Part shown: positions 1 through 9,279 of the stretch, one piece after another
How the letters are laid out: every line of letters starts with the position of its first letter
How positions within the stretch are numbered: the first letter of the stretch is position 1
Assembly (NCBI GenBank): GCA_964466185.1
Contig: CAYXMS010000004.1
Coordinates: forward strand, 15,186-73,102
Reading direction: 5' to 3'
Length of the DNA: 57,917 nucleotides
Source of the DNA: an uncultured bacterium
GTDB lineage: Bacteria; Chlamydiota; Chlamydiia; Chlamydiales; SM23-39
Notes under the pieces: generated by a model
Databases searched by the model: none
Seen by the model: only the letters and a program-made list of their open reading frames with translations
Told to the model about the DNA's origin: nothing
Position numbers and translations under genes: made by a program

Positions 1-481
1 TTGAAGCAGTTGCTTGTTCCTTTGGCTGTTCTTTGCCGGAAGTTTTAGCTTCAGTTTTTTTTTGTACTGGTTTAGTTTCTTTTTGAGAATTGTTCCCGTC
101 TGTTTGAAATTGGGCAAATTTTTCTTGCTCGGGAGGTGTTTTTGGTTGGTCTGCTTCTTTAAAAGGCTCTGACTGTACTTTTTTAGCATCTTCATGCATG
201 TTTTTTTGCTGTCCTTTGGGAAAAGTAGTTTTACCTTCAGTTTTTTTCTGAGAAGTTGAAGCAGTTGCTTGTTCCTTTGGCTGTTCTTTGCCGGAAGTTT
301 TAGCTTCAGTAGATTTAAAATGCTTTTTCCCTTTTTTAATTTCTTTAGAAGAAAATTGATTCGGCTGTTTAGAATCTGCCTTTTCGTAGGCTTTTTTAAA
401 AGCCTTGCTGTTCGGCTTTTCTTTTTTTTCTGTTTTGCCGTCATCTGCATTAGGAAAAGAAGGGGAAATTGGTTTGTCCAT
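1..481 (-). CDS. T3SS protein, 5' part only (runs off the window); SctP/CdsP-position needle-length regulator candidate
   Basis: ATG at 479-481 (minus) lies 3 nt after the cdsO stop. The frame stays open to nt 1, so it is absent from the ORF track (no stop in window). Translation MDKPISPSFPNADDGKTEKKEK... is K/E/Q/P-rich and low complexity. The assignment rests only on the conserved chlamydial order cdsN-cdsO-cdsP. Confidence 0.45.
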   Translation of the reverse strand, partial: MDKPISPSFPNADDGKTEKKEKPNSKAFKKAYEKADSKQPNQFSSKEIKKGKKHFKSTEAKTSGKEQPKEQATASTSQKKTEGKTTFPKGQQKNMHEDAKKVQSEPFKEADQPKTPPEQEKFAQFQTDGNNSQKETKPVQKKTEAKTSGKEQPKEQATAS

Positions 482-484
482 AAT

Positions 485-991
485 TTAATGACCCTTTTTA
501 CGATTTTTATGTTTTCTTACATGCCTGACCGATCCCATCTCGTCTTCTTCTTTGGCTTCTTCTTTGAGCTCTTCAAAATAAGCTTCTTTTTGCCATTGCT
601 CTTTGTGGATATTAAATTTTTCTAAATCCTTTTTTTTCTCAAAAAGATCTTTTTTAGCATCCTCCAGTTCTTTTTCCGCTTTTTCCACTTCTTTTTTTTG
701 CTGTTTCACTTGCTGCTGTTTTTCCTTGAGCTGGTCTTTGACAATGTCTAGATAGTTTTTCATCATTTCAATTTTTTCATAATGCTCGCCTTTATCTAAT
801 GCTTGCCTAATCTGATTTAACTTGGCTACTTTGTGCTCTAACACTTTGTTTTTTTCTTCTTCTGCTTGATACAGTTTTTCTTCTTCATCTAAAAGTTTTT
901 GGGTCTTTTCTTCAAAAACTTTGACGGCTTGTTCAAATTTACGCTTTTTTATTTTTAAAACATCGGAAAGCGGATATTTTTCTTTGCCCAT
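485..991 (-). CDS. cdsO: T3SS stalk protein SctO/CdsO (CT670-like), all coiled-coil
   Basis: 168-aa highly charged K/E-rich helical protein immediately downstream of the T3SS ATPase gene (8-nt gap). Size and position are typical of YscO/FliJ-type proteins. Confidence 0.65.
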   Translation of the reverse strand: MGKEKYPLSDVLKIKKRKFEQAVKVFEEKTQKLLDEEEKLYQAEEEKNKVLEHKVAKLNQIRQALDKGEHYEKIEMMKNYLDIVKDQLKEKQQQVKQQKKEVEKAEKELEDAKKDLFEKKKDLEKFNIHKEQWQKEAYFEELKEEAKEEDEMGSVRHVRKHKNRKKGH

Positions 992-998
992 ATGAGTC

Positions 999-2312
999 TT
1001 AACTAAACAGTTTCAGCAGCTCTTGCAGAGATTTTTCAAAAGTAGATTTGTCTTGCACTTGCTGTTTTAAAAAACGATTGACCTTATCTATATACTTAAT
1101 AGCAAAATCAGCATCTTTGTCAGAGCCCGGCTTATATTCTCCAATCCGGATTAACAGCTCGTTTTTTTTGTAGTTTGCTAGCACTTCCCTTAGCTTGCCA
1201 ACCTGCTCCTGGTGTTTTTTATCAACAATGTTAGGAAATACCCGGCTGATGGAGGTTAGTACATCAATAGCCGGATAATGATACTTTCTGGCCAGCTCAT
1301 TGGATAGGTTGATGTGCCCGTCTAAAATAGACCTGGTCTCGTCGGCAACCGGTTCATTTAAATCATCTCCCGCTACTAAAATAGTATAAAAAGCGGTAAT
1401 CGAACCTTTGTCCGAATTGCCCGATCTTTCCAATAGCTTGGGCAAAACGGCAAATACAGAAGGCGTATATCCCGCTCTGGCAGGAGGCTCTCCTGCAGCT
1501 AGGCCAATCTCCCGGATCGCTCTGGCATATCTGGTAACAGAGTCCATCATTAAAATTACCGATTTGCCCTGGTCGCGGAAATATTCGGCAATGGCTGTTC
1601 CAACTAAGGCCGCATTAATCCGTAGCTGCGCTGCCTGGTCAGAGGTGGAAACTACAATCACTGAACGCTTAAGCCCTTCTTCTCCCAAGTCGTCTTTAAT
1701 AAACTCTTTTACCTCTCTGCCCCTTTCTCCAATTAGCGCAATCACGTTGACATCCGCTTTGGCATAACGCGAAATCATGCCTAATAGAGTAGATTTGCCA
1801 ACACCCGAGCCAGCAAAAATACCTACCCTTTGTCCTTTGCCAACAGTTAAGACAGAATCAAGACAGCGAATCCCAGTAGAAAGCGGCTTCGAAATAATTT
1901 CTCGTTTTAAAGGATCAGGGGGTTGGCCAACAACAGGATATTCTTCGCTTAAGTTTAAAGGGCCTTTTTCATCGACATCTAAAGGCTCGCCCACACCGTT
2001 GATTACCCGCCCCAGTAACTCTTCCCCCACTTTGATGTGCATAGACATCTGTAAAGGAATAACTTCGGAAGAAGAGCCAATGCCCGCCATATCGCCTAAA
2101 GGAGAAAGTAAAACTTCTTCTTTGGTAAAACCAATAACCTCGGAAATTAAAGGAGTGCCTTTTCTTTTAATTAAACAAACCTCTCCCATTTTAACCTGCG
2201 GAACGACTGCCTTGATCAGCATGCCAACCACTTCTGTAATCCTGCCATGTACAGCAGTCAGTTCAATCTCGTCTAGCTGATTGATAATTTTGTCATAAGA
2301 AGGTGTTTGCAT
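999..2312 (-). CDS. cdsN: T3SS ATPase SctN/CdsN
   Basis: 437 aa with Walker A GSGVGKST and Walker B region [12 protein letters not shown]1/FliI/YscN-like sequence throughout ([20 protein letters not shown]). Confidence 0.97.
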   Translation of the reverse strand: MQTPSYDKIINQLDEIELTAVHGRITEVVGMLIKAVVPQVKMGEVCLIKRKGTPLISEVIGFTKEEVLLSPLGDMAGIGSSSEVIPLQMSMHIKVGEELLGRVINGVGEPLDVDEKGPLNLSEEYPVVGQPPDPLKREIISKPLSTGIRCLDSVLTVGKGQRVGIFAGSGVGKSTLLGMISRYAKADVNVIALIGERGREVKEFIKDDLGEEGLKRSVIVVSTSDQAAQLRINAALVGTAIAEYFRDQGKSVILMMDSVTRYARAIREIGLAAGEPPARAGYTPSVFAVLPKLLERSGNSDKGSITAFYTILVAGDDLNEPVADETRSILDGHINLSNELARKYHYPAIDVLTSISRVFPNIVDKKHQEQVGKLREVLANYKKNELLIRIGEYKPGSDKDADFAIKYIDKVNRFLKQQVQDKSTFEKSLQELLKLFS

Positions 2313-2318
2313 AGGTTT

Positions 2319-2933
2319 TTACTGGATTTGAATGTTTAAAGTTTGGCGGATGCCTTCGACTACTTTGGAAAGTAAAATCGAAGAAAATTCGATTTCCTGC
2401 TGGGCCTGAGCGATTTTTACCTGCATCAAAAGCATGTTGGCAGGGGTAATCTGTTTTTTCTTTTTGACCATCTCGGAAAGATTGTTTCTGGCTTCCGACA
2501 GCTGGCTGTGTCCGTCTCCGACAAAAGATATAAATTTGGCCACCGGCTGCATGTTCGAAGTATCGGTCTTTTCCAGAATTTTGGTTTTAGAGGCTTTAGC
2601 AGCACCATCAATATCCGCCATAGCATTTTTTAACTTGGTATTCAGCAGCCTTTTATGAGATTCTTTTAGCTTCAGCTGGGGAAATTGTAGAATATTGTTG
2701 AATTTCTTTAGCATCCCGTCAGCATTTTCTAGCTGCTTTAATAGCCCTTCCATGGAAGGAGCTTCGGCAGCCGTTTTTTTATTGCTTACCTGCAAAGGAC
2801 TGATTTCGCCGGTCGTTTTTTCCTGCATCAAAGACTGGAATTCTTTTTCATCAGGACCCAGTCCCTGCGGCCCCTGTACGGGCTTCGGGCCGATCTCCGG
2901 CAGTTTTTCCGGCTGAAAAGGTGCATCTACCAT
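2319..2933 (-). CDS. T3SS-associated protein, CT668-position; possible inner-rod SctI-like protein
   Basis: 204 aa lying between cdsG and cdsN as CT668 does in Chlamydia. The C-terminus ANMLLMQVKIAQAQQEIEFSSILLSKVVEGIRQTLNIQIQ resembles the conserved C-terminal helix of YscI/PrgJ-type rod proteins (judged by eye). Confidence 0.5.
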   Translation of the reverse strand: MVDAPFQPEKLPEIGPKPVQGPQGLGPDEKEFQSLMQEKTTGEISPLQVSNKKTAAEAPSMEGLLKQLENADGMLKKFNNILQFPQLKLKESHKRLLNTKLKNAMADIDGAAKASKTKILEKTDTSNMQPVAKFISFVGDGHSQLSEARNNLSEMVKKKKQITPANMLLMQVKIAQAQQEIEFSSILLSKVVEGIRQTLNIQIQ

Positions 2934-2939
2934 GAACTT

Positions 2940-3416
2940 TTATCTCTTGTTTTTAGTTGGCTTCTTTTTTATATTAGCTTTGCTCTTGGCTTTCTGGATC
3001 TCGGCAGGAGACACTTCTTTTTTAATGAATTTGTCATTAAAATTAAGCGCAGTATGCGATAGCTTCTTAGTTGTTTTGTCTGAAGATTTCTCCGTCTCTT
3101 TGAGAATCTTTTCTCCTTTGACAATTTCCTTGGGCATCCAACTCAGCGTAATGCCTAAAAAAGTTTTGGCCATCAAATTGTCCGGTTCTTTTTTTAACAC
3201 TTTTTCAAAGCATTTGGCCGCTTCTTTGAGATTTAAAAGATGCAGCTGTAAATAGCCCCGGCCAATCTCCGGTAGGACATTATCCGCCGGCTTGAGCAGA
3301 TCGGCAGCTTTAAACAGGCTGGTGGCTGCCGGCTCGTCCATTTGGTTGACAGCTATAAAACCCGCTTCTAAAAAGAGCTCAAAATTATCTTGATACTTTG
3401 CTATTATCTCTTTCAT
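2940..3416 (-). CDS. cdsG: Needle-subunit co-chaperone CdsG (YscG-like, TPR-like helical repeats)
   Basis: 158 aa directly downstream of the needle gene. Helical-repeat N-terminal region (EAGFIAVNQMDEPAATSLFKAADLLKP... YLQLHLLNLKEAAKCFEKVLKKEPDN) with a basic tail. Synteny matches cdsE-cdsF-cdsG. Confidence 0.6.
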   Translation of the reverse strand: MKEIIAKYQDNFELFLEAGFIAVNQMDEPAATSLFKAADLLKPADNVLPEIGRGYLQLHLLNLKEAAKCFEKVLKKEPDNLMAKTFLGITLSWMPKEIVKGEKILKETEKSSDKTTKKLSHTALNFNDKFIKKEVSPAEIQKAKSKANIKKKPTKNKR

Positions 3417-3497
3417 CTTATTTCCTTTTTTGTCTAACTTACGCGGCTGTTTGCTCAGCCCTGGTTTTTAATATAAGCTCATTAAGCATTAAACTGA

Positions 3498-3767
3498 TTA
3501 TTGGCCTTTTAAGTTTCTAATGGCATTGTTAATCATTGAATTTACTTGTGAGATTACGTTAGAAATCGAATCGCCAGTTTGAGTGACTCTAGCCATTTCT
3601 AATTGCATCAGCAAAAATTGTCCTGGAGAAGTTCCTGAAGTATTTGCAGCCAATGAACTTAATTTTTCTGTTACATGTTTTTGTTGCGTATTATAATATT
3701 CAATTAATGATTGAAATTCAATTTTTGACAGTGCTGCTTTTGTATCAATACCACGAGTATCTGTCAT
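3498..3767 (-). CDS. cdsF: T3SS needle filament subunit SctF/CdsF
   Basis: 89 aa with a helix-turn-helix layout and a typical needle C-terminus ISNVISQVNSMINNAIRNLKGQ. AAGGAG Shine-Dalgarno sits 6 nt upstream of the ATG. Confidence 0.8.
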   Translation of the reverse strand: MTDTRGIDTKAALSKIEFQSLIEYYNTQQKHVTEKLSSLAANTSGTSPGQFLLMQLEMARVTQTGDSISNVISQVNSMINNAIRNLKGQ

Positions 3768-3778
3768 AATTTTCTCCT

Positions 3779-4006
3779 TTATTTGATTTTGTTAATAACT
3801 TTTTTAAGAGCATCGTAGGCATCGGCTATTTTAATCAGTTCTTGGCTTTTTTTACATTTGGGAGATCTCAGCTCGCCTTTGATCTTGGCCAAGTTTTCCG
3901 ACGCTTTATTTAAAATAGCTTTTTTGCGCGCCGGTTGTTTTTTGATCTCAATTTCTAAATCAAAATCAAATTTTTTGGGCTGCTTGCCTTTTTCTAGTCC
4001 GTACAT
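3779..4006 (-). CDS. cdsE: Needle-subunit co-chaperone CdsE (YscE-like)
   Basis: 75-aa basic helical protein between cdsD and cdsF. The call is based on position and size. Confidence 0.55.
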   Translation of the reverse strand: MYGLEKGKQPKKFDFDLEIEIKKQPARKKAILNKASENLAKIKGELRSPKCKKSQELIKIADAYDALKKVINKIK

Positions 4007-4024
4007 ATTTTAGCTTTCCTTTAT

Positions 4025-5854
4025 TTATCTTTTATAATTGATTTTATATTTTAAGCCATCTTTTTCAAGATAAATCATATGTGCTTTGATTTCTGTTAGC
4101 CTCATGCCATCTATGTAATCGCCAATATTTAAAATTTTATTTTGAATCACAATAGAAAATTCTTCATCGTCTTTTTCAATCAGGCCGGCAACCGGATAAT
4201 CTTTAGAAATGTCTATCCTGGCCATGTCGGGCGTTGTTTCAATGGCAATATTTTTAATGGAATGGATGCCTTTTTTGTTTTTTAAGTATTTTACTAGTTT
4301 GTGCATTTGCCCTGTTTCATCAGAACTGTATCTGCCGGCTAAAATCAGTTCTCCGGAAGCTAGCTCAAAAGAGATGTTGCTAAGACCGTGAAAGATGATT
4401 TGCGAGCCGATATCAATTTTTAAAATAGACTCAATCACAACTTCATTTTTTAATTTTTCTAAATAGGGGAAATTGGCATTTAAAAAATCAGAGAGCTTTT
4501 GAGCATCATTTACCGTTTCTACATAGCCCTGCACGACAAACTCTCCAGCTTTTAGACTGCGGATGGAAACAGAGCGGAATCCCGATAGATTTTCTAAAAT
4601 ATCGTTCATGTTTTTCCATACCAGCTCATCAATGATAATATTGTTTTCAAGACTCTCGATAAAAGCCAACGCTTTTAATTTATACAAAAGCTCTTCTTGC
4701 TCAATTTGGGTCAGGACATGGCCGGTTAAAAACAGTTTGTACATGGCCGGATTAAAAGAAAAATTAACAGATTTATAATCAGAGACAATCTCTTCAATCT
4801 CTTCCGAGTAGTCTTTTTTGACGATTTCAATTTTTTCGCTTTTGAAAAGCGAAAAAAAAGCCAGCGACATACTAAGCAGAATAACTGCGGCTAAAGATGT
4901 TAAAACTAAATAATGCAAGGGAATAATTTTCTTTTTCCAGGAAATTACCTTGGGCTTTGTTTTTTCTTTTTGCTCTTCTGCTTCTTCCTCTTCTTCTGCT
5001 TCTTGCGGGGCCGGGGTATAAATAGTTTCTAACTTCTCGGCATTGCCGGAGACTACAAAAACAGAACTGCCTAAAGCAACTAGATCTTTGGAAGAGAGCT
5101 GTTTTTTGCCCTTGCTTTTTTTAGAGTTGATCAGGGTTGAATTTTTGGAACCCAAATCTTCTACAAAAATATTATTTTCCTTGTCAATAGAAAGTACACA
5201 ATGGCGGTTGGAAACACTCAGATCATTAAAAATAATATCAGCACTTTCCGGATCCTTGCCAATCACATAGCTTTTGTTTTTTTCCAGGTTGAACTCGGCA
5301 CCTACGTTAGGGCCGGAAACAACCCTTAAAATCAGCTCCCCCTGTATCGGAGGTGGATAAGATGGCTCTTCCAGGTCTCTGTCTTCGAAAATAGTATCAT
5401 AGAGATGCTCGTCTTCAGATAAAGGCTCTTCTGCTTCGCCGCCTTCTTCCGCAGCTTCATAAGAAGGGGCTTGGCCTACGGCTTTTTTGGCAGTTTTATT
5501 TTCGGGAAACTCATCGTCGTCGGCCGGTTCAGCTTCTTCAGAGGCTGCTTCCGGCTCTTTTAAGCTGTATTTAAATAGGTTCTCGCCAATTTTTATAGTG
5601 TCGGTTTCTTTTAAAAGATGGGGCAGTTTGATTGGTTTGCCGTTAACTAGTAAAGGATTGGTGTCAGATAGATTTTCGATGGTATAGCCAGCGGCAGTTT
5701 TTTTAAAAAGTGCATGGCGACGGCTGACAGAGGCCTCTTCCAATAGCAGATCAGAGACGTCTTTATCCCGGCCAAGAACATATTGCTCACGGTCTGCTAA
5801 AGTTAAAATCAGCCCTTTGAGAGGCCCTTCTGCTGCTGTTAAAAAATTTGCCAT
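4025..5854 (-). CDS. cdsD: T3SS inner-membrane ring protein SctD/CdsD with two N-terminal FHA domains
   Basis: 609 aa. Two FHA-like units (YVLGRDKDVSDLLLEEASVSRRHALF...ENLSDTNPLLVNG and YVIGKDPESADIIFNDLSVSNRHCVL...EDLGSKNSTLINS). One TM segment (LHYLVLTSLAAVILLSMSLAFFSLF) followed by a periplasmic C-terminal domain. FHA-bearing SctD is characteristic of Chlamydiae. Confidence 0.85.
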   Translation of the reverse strand: MANFLTAAEGPLKGLILTLADREQYVLGRDKDVSDLLLEEASVSRRHALFKKTAAGYTIENLSDTNPLLVNGKPIKLPHLLKETDTIKIGENLFKYSLKEPEAASEEAEPADDDEFPENKTAKKAVGQAPSYEAAEEGGEAEEPLSEDEHLYDTIFEDRDLEEPSYPPPIQGELILRVVSGPNVGAEFNLEKNKSYVIGKDPESADIIFNDLSVSNRHCVLSIDKENNIFVEDLGSKNSTLINSKKSKGKKQLSSKDLVALGSSVFVVSGNAEKLETIYTPAPQEAEEEEEAEEQKEKTKPKVISWKKKIIPLHYLVLTSLAAVILLSMSLAFFSLFKSEKIEIVKKDYSEEIEEIVSDYKSVNFSFNPAMYKLFLTGHVLTQIEQEELLYKLKALAFIESLENNIIIDELVWKNMNDILENLSGFRSVSIRSLKAGEFVVQGYVETVNDAQKLSDFLNANFPYLEKLKNEVVIESILKIDIGSQIIFHGLSNISFELASGELILAGRYSSDETGQMHKLVKYLKNKKGIHSIKNIAIETTPDMARIDISKDYPVAGLIEKDDEEFSIVIQNKILNIGDYIDGMRLTEIKAHMIYLEKDGLKYKINYKR

Positions 5855-5903
5855 TTACCTTTTTACCCGGCTTATTTTGATCTCGTCTTGTAGCTTAGCG
5901 GCT

Positions 5904-6299
5904 CTATATGCCTGCTTTTTGAATGAATTCTTTGATTTCTTTTTCCCAAATCTCCCTGGCTCCCAAAAAAAGCTCTAGCTTTTCTTTGAAAAGCTCATAA
6001 CTTGCTTCATACGGCACTGTTCCTGTCAAAGTCAAGGACTTCTCTTCAATGTCCATTCCAATGCTGTTGCCATATGTGCTCTCGGCTAAAAGATTGGCTC
6101 TCATCAGATAGGAAAAAAGTACTTCCCGCCCCTTGCTAGGACAGCCGGTAATTTTAGCTTTTAAATAAAGCTTGTCTTTTTTATGCACCAGATCAAATTG
6201 CAGATCATGGTAATCTAAAAGAAAAATATTTTTTTCTTTTTTAGTAAAAGTTAAATCAAATTCTTTGAATTTTTCTAAAGTCTTTTCCAGCTTATCCAT
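5904..6299 (-). CDS. Class I T3SS chaperone (CesT/SycE-like; Scc4/CT663 position)
   Basis: 131-aa small protein that is the first gene of the cdsD operon, as CT663 is in Chlamydia. Size and predicted helix/sheet mix are chaperone-like. Confidence 0.5.
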   Translation of the reverse strand: MDKLEKTLEKFKEFDLTFTKKEKNIFLLDYHDLQFDLVHKKDKLYLKAKITGCPSKGREVLFSYLMRANLLAESTYGNSIGMDIEEKSLTLTGTVPYEASYELFKEKLELFLGAREIWEKEIKEFIQKAGI

Positions 6300-6697
6300 A
6301 GCCTGTTTTGTAAAGCCTTTGTTATTTTAAGCCACCTTTTGCCAGCAACTGCTATGTAGCTTGCCGCCATGTAGCTTATTGTCTTATTTTTCCGATTTTT
6401 TGATAAGCCTTTTTTAATATATATATAAATAACGCCCGGATTTTTCATGGATTTCTTTTTTTGTTTCCTCTCTTGATTAAAATTAGGGGGTTTTATAAAA
6501 AAGAAATTCATGAAATAAGTAAGGTTTAATTTTAACTCAATTATTAAAGACTGCTTTGTTTTAAAAATTTTAAAATAAAATAGAAAAAATAAAGAACCAG
6601 ATTTTTGTCTTCTGATTAAAAATTAGATAAAAGAAAAGACCGCTGAGATTTTGTAAATCCCAGCAGCCTCAAAAAGGAGGGAAATTTGTTAGTTTAA

Positions 6698-7567
6698 TTA
6701 AGCTCTGGCATGATATCTGTTCAGAGTCTCTTCAGTATTTAAAAGATCGTCTGTCAGTCTTGAGAATTTCATAGCGGTATCATGTTCTGTCTGGCCAATA
6801 GATCGGTTAGTTTCGATTAGATTGCGGGCCAGTTCAACACCAGCTTCGTAGCAAGCCTTTTCGTAAGCTAAAGGAGCGGTTTTAGTAGAAGCATAACCAT
6901 TGGTTATAGAGCTAATAGCTGTGTTAAAACCTTGGATCATCATAGGCATGTTGTGATCTGATCTTTCAGCAGCAGCTTTGTTTTCGGTAAACTTGGCTTC
7001 TCTTTTGTCCAAGCGTTCTTTAATTTGTGTGCGCTCTGGTCCGTACTTTGCAGCTCCAAGATTGTTTTTAGTGTTTCTGAACTGTTCATGATTTGTTTTT
7101 TGGGTTTTTCGGGTGAACGGAATCCAGCTACGTTGATTAGCGGTCAGCTGCTTGTCAAGCTCTTTACCTTGCGGGAATGGATTAGTAGATGCGTTTCGAT
7201 CTGAGCCTCCTGATCCAACAGAAGTTGCATTTGAATTTTTTAGTTTTTGGGTTCTTCGTAAACCACGATTGTTACTGGAAATTTTATTTTGGGTTCTTAT
7301 AGAATTTAAGAAACCAGCGCCGCAGGCAACTAAGCCGATAATACCGCTCGTTATATTGGCAGTTCCTTCGATCTCTTTCATTTCCTTTTCTTTTTCACCG
7401 GCCAATTTCATGCTGTCATATACGTGCAGAGCTAAATCTCTATTTGTGTCGGCTGTTACCTGCTCTAGGTCTAGACCGGTACGCATGATGTTAATAAAAT
7501 TTTGTCTTAAATTGTTGATGCTATCAGCAGAGATAGAAGCAACAGATTCTGTAAATTGGAATACCAT
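6698..7567 (-). CDS. Putative minor hydrophobic translocator (YopD/EspB/CopD-like architecture)
   Basis: 289 aa with a single central hydrophobic segment (ITSGIIGLVACGAGFLNSI) and a helical C-terminus. AAGGAG SD sits about 9 nt upstream. It is the last gene of a 4-gene operon. Confidence 0.45.
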   Translation of the reverse strand: MVFQFTESVASISADSINNLRQNFINIMRTGLDLEQVTADTNRDLALHVYDSMKLAGEKEKEMKEIEGTANITSGIIGLVACGAGFLNSIRTQNKISSNNRGLRRTQKLKNSNATSVGSGGSDRNASTNPFPQGKELDKQLTANQRSWIPFTRKTQKTNHEQFRNTKNNLGAAKYGPERTQIKERLDKREAKFTENKAAAERSDHNMPMMIQGFNTAISSITNGYASTKTAPLAYEKACYEAGVELARNLIETNRSIGQTEHDTAMKFSRLTDDLLNTEETLNRYHARA

Positions 7568-7607
7568 AATTATTATTCTCCTTTTTATTATTTATTTAAT
7601 TTAACTT

Positions 7608-9251
7608 TTAAACAGCTTGTCCGAAAATTCTGGCAAACTCAGTTTCGTCGGCAAGATAATCTTGAGGATTTGTAGCGCTTGTCTTAATGACAGACTGAAC
7701 ATTTTCCATAAATTCTTTAACCAGTTCGATAAAGTTGCGGTTTTGCTGCAGAAATTCGTCAACTAAGCCTTCAGATGCTTTGATGTAGCTGGCTGTTTTC
7801 AAAAAACCACCTAACTTTTTTTGCAAATCACCTTTGTTTATGTTTAATTTAGCGTTTATAGCACTTGGAATTGTAGCGATATTTGTTAGTATTATCTTAA
7901 GTATTATCTTAATCATATTCCTGTTTTTTTTAGAGATTGTCTTGCTGATCAGTGAATCAATCATATTGTTAATTCTTTTAAAAGTGGCTTTGACAGCGTT
8001 AGCAGTTGATTTGGTAGTGTTAGCAGTTGCTTTGACAGCGTTAGCAGTTGGTTTAAGAGCTCTTCTCTTATCAATGAATGCTTTTAGGTTTTGTAATCTT
8101 TCTCCAGTTGGGCGTGGGGGAGGGGTTGGTCTTGTGTTTTTGTTCCTTTTCAATAAAGCTAATAAATCTCTGTCAGCTTTAGTAGCTTTGTAATTTCTAA
8201 AAGCTTTTTGAAATTTACTAGCAGCTAAGTTTCTAGCCTGTTTATCAGCTTTGCTTCTGGTTAAGTTCTTGATACGCCATTTTGCTTTAGTAAAAGCGTT
8301 TTTTAAGTCGCTGAATTTGCCTTTGCTAACCATAGCTATAGCGGCCAGCATGGAAATAGCTGTTAGCACAATGTTAATAGTTAATTTATCTTCATTAGAC
8401 AGGTTTGTATCGTTAGCCGCAATCGCACAGTCTTCGACCATGCCGAAAGTTGAAAATCCATAGAATGAGTTGAAAAATAGCTCTTTGGGTATTTCCTTAA
8501 CCAGCTCTTTTCCAAATTGTGTGGCTATTTGTCCAGCTGTTCTAGAGGTGTGAGCTCCTGTTTGAGCAACAGTAGAAGTCATTCCAGCAGAAGCGGCGGA
8601 AGTAGTTCCGCCGGTAGTACCGGCTGCAGCGCTTGATCCGGCAGCTGCTGTACTACCAGCAGCGGCAATGCCAGCTGTTAAAAGTGTTAAAGCTAAAATA
8701 ATACCAACTTTAGCGGCGATTTTCTGGCCAGCGGCTTTTTGTTTTTCTTCATCAGATAAAATGCCATCAGAGCCTTTATTAGCTTCATCAATGGATTCGT
8801 TCATAGTTTCTATAGCGCCAGAGAGTTCTAAACTAGCAGTAGCTATGAAAGAAACGCCTACGGCTAAAAGACCTAGGCCGCCACCTGTCCAGGCAGTAGC
8901 TCCGCCAATTAGAAAGCACGCGATGCCTAAGCCTAAAGCAACCCAGCTTAAAATCTTTTGGTCTTTTTCAATATTTGTAATTTCATTATTAATATTTTTT
9001 ATTTTTTCAATTTGAGATTCTAAATCTTGCTGCAGAAGTTTTATTAAACCTGTGTATTTTTCGCATCTTAAAACAGACAGCTCAATTTGTTCGGTAGAAT
9101 TACCGTTGATCTTGTTTAAAACTTCAGTTAAAAACAAAATCATCTGCACAAGCTTTTTTTGCAGCTGTTTTTTGCTAATCTGAGTGGTTTGAGACACACT
9201 CTGATTAGCAGCATTGGCTGCTTGCGTAAATGTTGTAGTGGTTGTATTCAT
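7608..9251 (-). CDS. Putative major hydrophobic translocator (YopB/EspD/CopB-like architecture); alternative reading is an Inc-like membrane protein
   Basis: 547 aa. N-terminal coiled coil, then a long bilobed hydrophobic stretch (ILSWVALGLGIACFLIGGATAWTGGGLGLLAVGVSFIATA). A charged loop (DGILSDEEKQK) and a second hydrophobic segment (VGIILALTLLTAGIAAAG) follow. There is a further hydrophobic helix and an internal TANAVKA x3 heptad repeat. Confidence 0.5.
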   Translation of the reverse strand: MNTTTTTFTQAANAANQSVSQTTQISKKQLQKKLVQMILFLTEVLNKINGNSTEQIELSVLRCEKYTGLIKLLQQDLESQIEKIKNINNEITNIEKDQKILSWVALGLGIACFLIGGATAWTGGGLGLLAVGVSFIATASLELSGAIETMNESIDEANKGSDGILSDEEKQKAAGQKIAAKVGIILALTLLTAGIAAAGSTAAAGSSAAAGTTGGTTSAASAGMTSTVAQTGAHTSRTAGQIATQFGKELVKEIPKELFFNSFYGFSTFGMVEDCAIAANDTNLSNEDKLTINIVLTAISMLAAIAMVSKGKFSDLKNAFTKAKWRIKNLTRSKADKQARNLAASKFQKAFRNYKATKADRDLLALLKRNKNTRPTPPPRPTGERLQNLKAFIDKRRALKPTANAVKATANTTKSTANAVKATFKRINNMIDSLISKTISKKNRNMIKIILKIILTNIATIPSAINAKLNINKGDLQKKLGGFLKTASYIKASEGLVDEFLQQNRNFIELVKEFMENVQSVIKTSATNPQDYLADETEFARIFGQAV

Positions 9252-9279
9252 ATTATTTATTTTATTAAATTGTTAATTA

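Noticed and set aside
1408-2280. Long plus-strand ORFs (1408-1767, 1777-2280) inside the cdsN region
   Set aside because: They are antisense shadows of a clearly recognisable ATPase gene. Their products are low complexity and S/P/T-rich with no motifs. The same reasoning applies to the other nested or antisense ORFs in the track, for example 269-625, 2426-2916, 4209-5687, 11060-13963, 17793-18167, 19224-19454, 20056-20370, 22351-24640, 25416-25799, 45222-46907 and 56308-57348.
6275-6511. 78-aa basic ORF upstream of, and overlapping, the Scc4-like chaperone gene
   Set aside because: It overlaps the chaperone start in another frame, lies in an AT-rich promoter-like region, and has K/N/I-rich composition typical of random ORFs in AT-rich DNA.
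7834-8193. Hydrophobic 119-aa plus-strand ORF that looks like a membrane protein
   Set aside because: It lies antisense to the repeat-containing part of the 547-aa translocator-like gene. Its hydrophobicity is a by-product of complementing K/N/A-rich codons. It has no ribosome-binding site and no independent support.
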